A stretch of DNA of 64,000 bases from Auanema rhodensis. Its lineage: Eukaryota; Animalia; Nematoda. Shown here in pieces: positions 15,001-24,303 of the stretch. The number at the start of each line of letters is the position of its first letter. Position 1 is the stretch's first letter. The notes under the pieces are model-generated. The model was given only the letters and a program-made list of their open reading frames with translations. It was not told the DNA's origin and did not search any database. Both the position numbers and the translations under genes were made by a program. The stretch is from positions 12,896,001-12,960,000 of the forward strand of contig OZ059900.1 of the NCBI GenBank assembly GCA_964057225.1, read 5' to 3'.

Positions 15001-17766
15001 TTATCTTCTTAGTTACAATACTCATTCGTTAAAACTATCAATATTTGATATATTATATATGTAATAGATATACATTCATCATAAACAATACTTTTTAACA
15101 AAATCTTTTCACAATTTATTATTTTACAGAAATCAACAACAGAAAAGAAAAATAATTTAGTCTCAATAATAAGAGTTAAAACATAACTAATATAAAACAG
15201 AAACCAAATAGTCTATAGATATGAAACATACGTGACAGTTATCTGTTGAAGTTAATTAGGATTCCATTGTTAGGTTTATATCAAATTTTAGTTTACTTAT
15301 CATAAATTAATTCAAGTAATCAGAAGAGATTCTGATTTATTTTCAATTAGATTCTTAGTTATCTTCTTAGTTACAATACTCATTCGTTAAAACTATCAAT
15401 ATTTGATATATTATATATGTAATAGATATACATTCATCATAAACAATACTTTTTAACAAAATCTTTTCACAATTTATTATTTTACAGAAATCAACAACAG
15501 AAAAGAAAAATAATTTAGTCTCAATAATAAGAGTTAAAACATAACTAATATAAAACAGAAACCAAATAGTCTATAAATATGAAACATACGTGACAGTTAT
15601 CTGTTGAAGTTAATTAGGATTCCATTGTTAAGTTTACTTCAAATTTTAGTTTACTTATCATAAATTAATTCAAGTAATCAGAAGAGATTCTGATTTATTT
15701 TCAATTAGATTCTTAGTTATCTTCTTAGTTACAATACTCATTCGTTAAAACTATCAATATTTGATATATTATATATATAATAGATATACATTCATCATAA
15801 ACAATACTTTTTAACAAAATCTTTTCACAATTTATTATTTTACAGAAATCAACAACAGAAAAGAAAAATAATTTAGTCTCAATAATAAGAGTTAAAACAT
15901 AACTAATATAAAACAGAAACCAAATAGTCTATAAATATGAAACATACGTGACAGTTATCTGTTGAAGTTAATTAGGATTCCATTGTTAAGTTTACTTCAA
16001 ATTTTAGTTTACTTATCATAAATTAATTCAAGTAATCAGAAGAGATTCTGATTTATTTTCAATTAGATTCTTAGTTATCTTCTTAGTTACAATACTCATT
16101 CGTTAAAACTATCAATATTTGATATATTATATATGTAATAGATATACATTCATCATAAACAATACTTTTTAACAAAATCTTTTCACAATTTATTATTTTA
16201 CAGAAATCAACAACAGAAAAGAAAAATAATTTAGTCTCAATAATAAGAGTTAAAACATAACTAATATAAAACAGAAACCAAATAGTCTATAGATATGAAA
16301 CATACGTGACAGTTATCTGTTGAAGTTAATTAGGATTCCATTGTTAGGTTTATATCAAATTTTAGTTTACTTATCATAAATTAATTCAAGTAATCAGAAG
16401 AGATTCTGATTTATTTTCAATTAGATTCTTAGTTATCTTCTTAGTTACAATACTCATTCGTTAAAACTATCAATATTTGATATATTATATATGTAATAGA
16501 TATACATTCATCATAAACAATACTTTTTAACAAAATCTTTTCACAATTTATTATTTTACAGAAATCAACAACAGAAAAGAAAAATAATTTAGTCTCAATA
16601 ATAAGAGTTAAAACATAACTAATATAAAACAGAAACCAAATAGTCTATAAATATGAAACATACGTGACAGTTATCTGTTGAAGTTAATTAGGATTCCATT
16701 GTTAAGTTTACTTCAAATTTTAGTTTACTTATCATAAATTAATTCAAGTAATCAGAAGAGATTCTGATTTATTTTCAATTAGATTCTTAGTTATCTTCTT
16801 AGTTACAATACTCATTCGTTAAAACTATCAATATTTGATATATTATATATATAATAGATATACATTCATCATAAACAATACTTTTTAACAAAATCTTTTC
16901 ACAATTTATTATTTTACAGAAATCAACAACAGAAAAGAAAAATAATTTAGTCTCAATAATAAGAGTTAAAACATAACTAATATAAAACAGAAACCAAATA
17001 GTCTATAAATATGAAACATACGTGACAGTTATCTGTTGAAGTTAATTAGGATTCCATTGTTAAGTTTACTTCAAATTTTAGTTTACTTATCATAAATTAA
17101 TTCAAGTAATCAGAAGAGATTCTGATTTATTTTCAATTAGATTCTTAGTTATCTTCTTAGTTACAATACTCATTCGTTAAAACTATCAATATTTGATATA
17201 TTATATATGTAATAGATATACATTCATCATAAACAATACTTTTTAACAAAATCTTTTCACAATTTATTATTTTACAGAAATCAACAACAGAAAAGAAAAA
17301 TAATTTAGTCTCAATAATAAGAGTTAAAACATAACTAATATAAAACAGAAACCAAATAGTCTATAGATATGAAACATACGTGACAGTTATCTGTTGAAGT
17401 TAATTAGGATTCCATTGTTAGGTTTATATCAAATTTTAGTTTACTTATCATAAATTAATTCAAGTAATCAGAAGAGATTCTGATTTATTTTCAATTAGAT
17501 TCTTAGTTATCTTCTTAGTTACAATACTCATTCGTTAAAACTATCAATATTTGATATATTATATATGTAATAGATATACATTCATCATAAACAATACTTT
17601 TTAACAAAATCTTTTCACAATTTATTATTTTACAGAAATCAACAACAGAAAAGAAAAATAATTTAGTCTCAATAATAAGAGTTAAAACATAACTAATATA
17701 AAACAGAAACCAAATAGTCTATAGATATGAAACATACGTGACAGTTATCTGTTGAAGTTAATTAGG
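1..17766 (+). repeat. 358-bp AT-rich tandem satellite, about 49.6 copies, continuing off the left edge
   Basis: ATCAATATTTGATAT recurs at 1, 359, 717 ... 17543 (=1+49x358), so there is no net indel. The monomer is about 22% GC by hand count. Copies differ only at a few substitution sites, e.g. AGGTTTATATC vs AAGTTTACTTC, TATAGAT vs TATAAAT, GTTAATTAGG vs GTTAAATAGG. Confidence 0.99.
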
Positions 17767-17767
17767 C

Positions 17768-20700
17768 TTTAACTCTTATTATTTTAACTCTTATTATTGA
17801 GACTAAATTATTTTTCTTTTCTGTTGTTGATTTCTGTAAAATAATAAATTGTGAAAAGATTTTGTTTAAAAGTATTGTTTATGATGAATGTATATCTATT
17901 ACATATATAATATATCAAATATTGATAGTTTTAACGAATGAGTATTGCAACTAAGAAGATAACTAAGAATCAATTTGAAAATAAATCAGAATCTCTTCTG
18001 ATTACTTGAATTAATTTATGATAAGTAAACTAAAATTTGAAGTAAACCTAACAATAGAATCCTAATTAACTTCAACAGATAACTGTCACGTATGTTTCAT
18101 ATCTATAGACTATTTGGTTTCTGTTTTATATTAGTTATGTTTTAACTCTTATTATTGAGACTAAATTATTTTTCTTTTCTGTTGTTGATTTCTGTAAAAT
18201 AATAAATTGTGAAAAGATTTTGTTTAAAAGTATTGTTTATGATGAATGTATATCTATTACATATATAATATATTAAATATTGATAGTTTTAACGAATGAG
18301 TATTGCAACTAAGAAGATAACTAAGAATCAATTTGAAAATAAATCAGAATCTCTTCTGATTACTTGAATTAATTTATGATAAGTAAACTAAAATTTGAAG
18401 TAAACCTAACAATAGAATCCTAATTAACTTCAACAGATAACTGTCACGTATGCTTCATATCTGTAGATTATTTGGTTTCTGTTTTATATTAGTTATGTTT
18501 TAACTCTTATTATTGAGACTAAATTATTTTTCTTTTCTGTTGTTGATTTCTGTAAAATAATAAATTGTGAAAAGATTTTGTTAAAAAGTATTGTTTATGA
18601 TGAATGTATATCTATTACATATATAATATATTAAATATTGATAGTTTTAACGAATGAGTATTGCAACTAAGAAGATAACTAAGAATCAATTTGAAAATAA
18701 ATCAGAATCTCTTCTGATTACTTGAATTAATTTATGATAAGTAAACTAAAATTTGAAGTAAACTTAACAATAGAATCTTAATTAACTTCAACAGATAACT
18801 GTCACGTATGTTTCATATCTATAGACTATTTGGTTTCTGTTTTATATTAGTTATGTTTTAACTCTTATTATTGAGACTAAATTATTTTTCTTTTCTGTTG
18901 TTGATTTCTGTAAAATAATAAATTGTGAAAAGATTTTGTTAAAAAGTATTGTTTATGATGAATGTATATCTATTACATATATAATATATTAAATATTGAT
19001 AGTTTTAACGAATGAGTATTGCAACTAAGAAGATAACTAAGAATCAATTTGAAAATAAATCAGAATCTCTTCTGATTACTTGAATTAATTTATGATAAGT
19101 AAACTAAAATTTGAAGTAAACCTAACAATAGAATCCTAATTAACTTCAACAGATAACTGTCACGTATGCTTCATATCTGTAGATTATTTGGTTTCTGTTT
19201 TATATTAGTTATGTTTTAACTCTTATTATTGAGACTAAATTATTTTTCTTTTCTGTTGTTGATTTCTGTAAAATAATAAATTGTGAAAAGATTTTGTTAA
19301 AAAGTATTGTTTATGATGAATGTATATCTATTACATATATAATATATTAAATATTGATAGTTTTAACGAATGAGTATTGCAACTAAGAAGATAACTAAGA
19401 ATCAATTTGAAAATAAATCAGAATCTCTTCTGATTACTTGAATTAATTTATGATAAGTAAACTAAAATTTGAAGTAAACTTAACAATAGAATCTTAATTA
19501 ACTTCAACAGATAACTGTCACGTATGTTTCATATCTATAGACTATTTGGTTTCTGTTTTATATTAGTTATGTTTTAACTCTTATTATTGAGACTAAATTA
19601 TTTTTCTTTTCTGTTGTTGATTTCTGTAAAATAATAAATTGTGAAAAGATTTTGTTTAAAAGTATTGTTTATGATGAATGTATATCTATTACATATATAA
19701 TATATTAAATATTGATAGTTTTAACGAACTAATATTGTAACTAAGGAGATAACTAAGAATCTAATTGAAAATAAATCAGAATCTCTTCTGATTACTTGAA
19801 TTAATTTATGATAAGTAAACTAAAATTTGAAATAAACCTAACAATACAGTCCTAGTTAACTTCAACAGATAACTGTCACGTATGCTTCATATCTGTAGAT
19901 TATTTGGTTTCTGTTTTATATAAGTTATGTTTTAACTGTTATTATTGAGACTAAATTATTTTTCTTTTCTGTTGTTGATTTCTGTAAAATAATAAATTGT
20001 GAAAAGATTTTGTTAAAAAGTATTGTTTATGATGAATGTATATCTATTACATATATAATATATCAAATATTGATAGTTTTAACGAACTAATATTGTAACT
20101 AAGGAGATAACTAAGAATCTAATTGAAAATAAATCAGAATCTCTTCTGATTACTTGAATTAATTTATGATAAGTAAACTAAAATTTGAAATAAACCTAAC
20201 AATACAGTCCTAATTAACTTCAACAGATAACTGTCACGTATGCTTCATATCTATAGATTATTTGGTTTCTGTTTTATATTAGTTATGTTTTAACTCTTAT
20301 TATTGAGACTAAATTATTTTTCTTTTCTGTTGTTGATTTCTGTAAAATAATAAATTGTGAAAAGATTTTGTTAAAAAGTATTGTTTATGATGAATGTATA
20401 TCTATTACATATATAATATATCAAATATTGATAGTTTTAACGAACTAATATTGTAACTAAGGAGATAACTAAGAATCTAATTGAAAATAAATCAGAATCT
20501 CTTCTGATTACTTGAATTAATTTATGATAAGTAAACTAAAATTTGAAATAAACCTAACAATACAGTCCTAGTTAACTTCAACAGATAACTGTCACGTATG
20601 CTTCATATCTGTAGATTATTTGGTTTCTGTTTTATATAAGTTATGTTTTAACTGTTATTATTGAGACTAAATTATTTTTCTTTTCTGTTGTTGATTTCTG

Positions 20701-20960
20701 TAAAATAATAAATTGTGAAAAGATTTTGTTAAAAAGTATTGTTTATGATGAATGTATATCTATTACATATATAATATATCAAATATTGATAGTTTTAACG
20801 AATGAGTATTGTAACTAAGGAGATAACTAAGAATCAATTTGAAAATAAATCAGAATCTCTTCTGATTACTTGAATTAATTTATGATAATTAAACTAAAAT
20901 TTGAAATAAACCTAACAATACAGTCCTAGTTATCTTCAACAGATAACTGTCACGTATGTT
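17768..20960 (-). repeat. Inverted block of the 358-bp satellite, about 9 copies, more diverged
   Basis: Reverse complement of the left array (TTTAACTCTTATTATTGAGACTAAATTA...), same 358-bp period. It carries variants not seen in the forward block (TATTGCAACT, GAACTAATATTG, AATACAGTCC, TAAGGAGAT). Confidence 0.98.
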
Positions 20961-21342
20961 ACATTTTGGAAAGCACACCACAAGTGTGCAGTCTTGAAAA
21001 CTGTCTGTCTTAGTATGATTATATAACACTATAGATGATTAAGTAATATGAATTTGAATATGAACATGACGTGTCTTTCACATTATACTTTGACCTGATC
21101 AAGCTTTGTATAGCTTTGTACACTGATCACATATACGGCGATAGGCTATAACAGTTTATAAGTTAACTGAATAGATTTGGTTTAATTACCCAAGTTAGAG
21201 GTAGTATCTCAATCTATCCAGAGAACTTCTGAGTTGGAAATACATTTTGGAAAGCACACCATGAGTGTGCAATATTGAAAACTGTCTGTCTTAGTATGAT
21301 TATATGACACTATAGATGCTAAAGTAACACGAATTTGAATAT
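20960..21342 (+). repeat. 1.4 diverged copies of the 281-bp SL-RNA repeat unit, inverted relative to the main array
   Basis: TACATTTTGGAAAGCACACC at 20960 and 21241 (281 bp apart) is the reverse complement of the unit at 24996-64000. Homology ends at GAATTTGAATAT (21342). Confidence 0.95.
21179..21273 (+). ncRNA. SL1: Spliced leader RNA gene (SL1-like), single complete plus-strand copy
   Basis: GGTTTAATTACCCAAGTTAGAG (21179-21200) matches nematode SL1 GGTTTAATTACCCAAGTTTGAG at 21/22 positions. It is followed by a GTA donor, a stem-loop, ACATTTTGGAA (Sm-type site) and a terminal hairpin GCACAC-CATGA-GTGTGC. The 3' end is approximate. Confidence 0.9.
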
Positions 21343-21349
21343 AATACTA

Positions 21350-21600
21350 TGTATTTTGCCGTTCTAGTGCAACTTTTCGCCCATCATTTTGCCGTTCTAG
21401 TGCATCTTTTCGCCCAATTTTCACGTATTTCAGTCATTTTAAGGCTCATTTTTATTGATTTTGTGTCTTATCTCTTCAAAAATGTGTCATTTTAAACATT
21501 TTTCAAAAATGGTAAAAAGGTGGAATGCGCTACCTCGAAAATGTGGTCGAAATGGATGGTCGAAATGGTCGAGACAAGTGCGCTAGAACGGTGAATAAAA
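21350..21600. mobile_element. Putative 251-bp MITE, possibly Mutator/MULE-type
   Basis: Imperfect 22-bp terminal inverted repeats, TGTATTTTGCCGTTCTAGTGCA and TGCGCTAGAACGGTGAATAAAA (16/22 match, core CCGTTCTAGYGCA). Flanked by ATAATACTA (21341-21349) and ATAATGCTA (21601-21609), an 8/9 direct repeat. There is a 33-bp subterminal tandem repeat at 21353/21386 and three TGGTCGA repeats near the right end. Confidence 0.45.
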
Positions 21601-21809
21601 ATAATGCTAAATGAATGGATTTTAATAAATTCCAAGGATCTGAGAATCTATGATTCGATAAGCCCTAAAGCCGTTCACCAATTTTCAACAGTCAAAACAA
21701 AGCATTACAAAAATTGCGTCCACCGGAGTTTATAGGCGGATAGCAAAATAACAAGTAACAGCCATTCCAAATGTAAGTTTTAAAATCTGTGATAATGAAT
21801 CGGACTTGG

Positions 21810-22311
21810 TCACGACGATTTGTCGATTGCCCTACGCTTGGCTTGAAGACCTCCACTTTTTCGTTCTTGCCGGACTTTTATCATCTCTTGAGAAACTTGC
21901 CAAGTCTAAAAAATATTATGTGTGAATTTATAGGTTTTAAAATAACTCACTCGATATGCTTCTAATATACGGTCTCCTGGTGTAATCAAGGTATCAGCAG
22001 GACTGCAGGAGGCATCTCTTAACTCATCTTCCACTTCTTCAAACTCGTACTCAGGTCCAAGTGCAGGATCTGTCGTAGTTGATGATACAATAATCCCTAT
22101 CAGTGATCTGTCTTCTGAGAAACACGGTCCACCGGAATCACCACCGTCAACATATACACTGGCTAACATTTGTCCACGATAGTCCACCATAATCGAACAG
22201 ATCTTGTCCGAGCGAAAGGTGATTTGTTGTCCTTCTTTATTTTTGAAACTCAATCCGTAGCCGACGAACCATTTGAAGTTTCGCGGAGAACGGCATGTGA
22301 ACGGATAATCG
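21810..22311 (-). pseudogene. Duplicated 3' portion of the protease gene (partial exon 5, intron 5, ancestral last exon 21905-21810)
   Basis: Retains GDSGGP but lacks the His and Asp motifs and has no ATG start. It is out of frame with the spliced upstream gene (479-45=434 nt). The last exon reads TWQVSQEMIKVRQERKSGGLQAKRRAIDKSS-stop. Confidence 0.75.
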
Positions 22312-22790
22312 AACGCTTGGCTTGAGGACCTCCACTTTTTCGTTCTTGCCGGGCTTTTATCATCCCTTGAGAAACTTGCCAAGTCTAAAAGATATTATGT
22401 GTGAATTTATAGGTTTTAAAATAACTCACTCGATATGCTTCTAATATACGGTCTCCTGGTGTAATCCAGGTATCAGCAGGACTGCAGGTGGCATCTCTTA
22501 ACTCATCTTCCACTTCTTCAAACTCGTACTCAGGTCCAAGTGCAGGATCTGTCGTTGTTGATGATACAATAATCCCTATCAGTGATCTGTCTTTTGAGAA
22601 ACACGGTCCACCGGAATCACCACCGTCAACAGATACACTGGCTAACATTTGTCCACGATAGTCCACCATAATCGAACAGATCTTGCCCGAGCGAAAGGTG
22701 ATTTGTTGTACTTCTTTATTTTTGAAACTCAATCCGTAGCCGACGAACGATTCGAAGTTTCGCGGAGAACGGCATGTGAACGGATAATCG
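21834..22790. repeat. 479-bp direct tandem duplication of the 3' part of the protease gene
   Basis: 21834-22311 matches 22313-22790 at offset 479 with only scattered substitutions. This explains the two near-identical ORFs in the supplied track. Confidence 0.97.
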
Positions 22791-23678
22791 TCAAAGATAT
22801 CGTTACCGGACACAGAGTACAATAGGACAAAGTCGTGATGATGATCTGTCACAATCACCTACAAAATATTGAATCAATTATTGAAAAATTTCTTTTGAGA
22901 AACCTTCATGTTGTGTCGGTTGCTTGGATTGTCGCATTGACGAATTTCAACAATTGCATGTTCATTTTCTTGCAAATTTCCTCCTTCATTAAAAACTCGA
23001 AGCAGTTTGTGCGATCGGTGTGCGTATGTGACTGCCGCTCTTGGTGAAATGGGTGATACAACGCCGCCTTCGATCTCATTTTCATTTTCAGAAGGCTTTT
23101 CTGAATTATCAAAAGCCTTCTGTGCTTGAGGAATAAAGAACAGACGGTTTCGAAGCTCCATAGCCAATCTTTCTGAAAACCAGCAATAATTTGTTAGACT
23201 ATTTGAAATATGATACCATCCAGGATCCGCGGAGATTCCGATCGGTTTTGGTGGTGCTCGTCAAAACTTCCTAAAATGCATATTAAGTAAAATCTCAATT
23301 GTTGTATGAAACATAGAAATTAAAGATGGTTAATGAAAGAAAATTGTTCAATCGTAAATTATAAAAACCTTTTAATGATGATGCTGGTATCGATGGTATT
23401 CTGTTTGCCTCAAGGTAATAATCATCGTGATAATCGGTAGGGAGAAGAAACAAATCGCCCACAGTGTTCATCCTGAATCAATTCAAACAAATCAGAAATA
23501 ATTCACATGTGACTTACTCGCAAAAGATCAGTAAGTCATTAAGTTTATAAGACAACGAAACTATCGTTTTTGGAGAGAGCAAAAAAGCCGCAAGTATGGA
23601 AGACTTGGCGATCGAATTCTCAGCCAGCGCTATATTAACTTCTTTGTCCAGAAATCGAATTCGAATGAGTCTAGCCAT
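22250..23678 (-). CDS. Six-exon chymotrypsin-like (clan PA) serine protease, about 383 aa, no signal peptide; candidate wosp-like Maverick cargo protease
   Basis: Exons 23678-23518, 23472-23369, 23270-23217, 23172-22904, 22858-22430 and 22384-22250 join in frame (1152 nt) across GT..AG introns of 45, 98, 44, 45 and 45 nt. The protein begins MARLIRIRFLDKEVNIALAENS. Triad motifs: VTYAH (His), HDFVLL (Asp), DGGDSGGPCF...LIGI (Ser). The family assignment beyond clan PA is inference. Confidence 0.85.
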
Positions 23679-23691
23679 AATCAGATATTAT

Positions 23692-23698
23692 CTGAAAA
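23692..23698 (-). promoter_or_regulatory. Probable trans-splice acceptor (TTTTCAG) of the protease gene
   Basis: The minus strand reads TGTTTTCAG|ATAATATCTGATT-ATG. This is the nematode consensus acceptor 13 nt upstream of the start codon, preceded by an AT-rich outron-like tract. Confidence 0.65.
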
Positions 23699-24303
23699 CA
23701 AAGAATTAGTTATTCTTCAATATTTTTTGAGAGAAAGTGTTTTAAATAAGCTAGTTGAATATTAGGGAAGTAAGAAAAGCAGTTAACAAACTCAAAGTTA
23801 AGGATAAAATAACAATGATAATCACGAATGAGAAATTATGAAATCAACGCGAACTACAGAAGAAAGGAAGTCTCTTTTCTATAGTTAATGGAAGAATGTG
23901 ATGTTGGCAGTCTCTCTCCTTATTCTGCGTCTCTGCTCACGTGTCACTCTCATCACCCTTCCACTCTACATAGTCCAACGCGTTTGCGTCGCGTGCGCCT
24001 AGTTCAACTGGGACAAATGTGTGATTGTGCTCGGTCACAGTGAGGAAGAGAAAAGAAGGTCACACAAAGAGAAAGAGAAATTGCCAGGTTGTTATTTTAT
24101 CTTCTTGGTTTGTTTCGAAAAGGCAAAACAAATATCTTATTTGATTGAAGTCAAGTGAACAAAGTTAATACCTCAGGTGAGGTAGCCATGTTTGGGGTTC
24201 ATGGCTAGGTGGAAGTGAATTCACTTTCTAGTGAAGACATCCATTTTCACTGAACGTCCCCATTTCACAAAATTAAATAAGATATTTGTACCCAAAATTA
24301 TAA
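23699..24303. promoter_or_regulatory. Divergent intergenic region between protease and integrase; candidate bidirectional promoter or element end
   Basis: The two genes point away from each other. A CG-rich core ACGCGTTTGCGTCGCGTGCGCC (~23978-23999) is flanked by a pyrimidine-rich tract on the left and a purine-rich tract on the right. Confidence 0.35.
24169..24251. other. Four abutting short inverted repeats
   Basis: TACCTCA-gg-TGAGGTA (24169-24184), TAGCCATG-9nt-CATGGCTA (24183-24207), AAGTGAATTCACTT (24213-24226) and AGTGAA-10nt-TTCACT (24230-24251). Confidence 0.7.

Noticed and set aside
18090-18102. piRNA Ruby motif (CTGTTTCA) in satellite units
   Set aside because: Only ATGTTTCA is present, which is expected by chance in AT-rich DNA. 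It cannot be supported without small-RNA data.
18138-18165. SL2-like leader in the reverse 358-bp unit (TGTTTTAACTCTTATTATTGAG)
   Set aside because: No GG start, it is followed by AC rather than a GT donor, and there is no convincing Sm site flanked by stems.
1-20960. Drosophila 359-bp (1.688) satellite
   Set aside because: Only the period is similar. I recognise no sequence match, and SL1 genes plus nematode-style introns point to a nematode.
21906-22382. 158-aa ORF as an independent second protease gene
   Set aside because: It starts at TTG, is created by the tandem duplication, lacks the catalytic His and Asp, and its end runs into an intron.
22835-23047. 70-aa plus-strand ORF and the overlapping 68-aa minus ORF (22906-23112)
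   Set aside because: These are antisense or alternate-frame shadows of protease exon 4, with no motifs.
23700-24300. Maverick terminal inverted repeat or 6-bp TSD
   Set aside because: No clear AG-rich terminus was seen and the partner end is deleted, so the element boundary cannot be placed.
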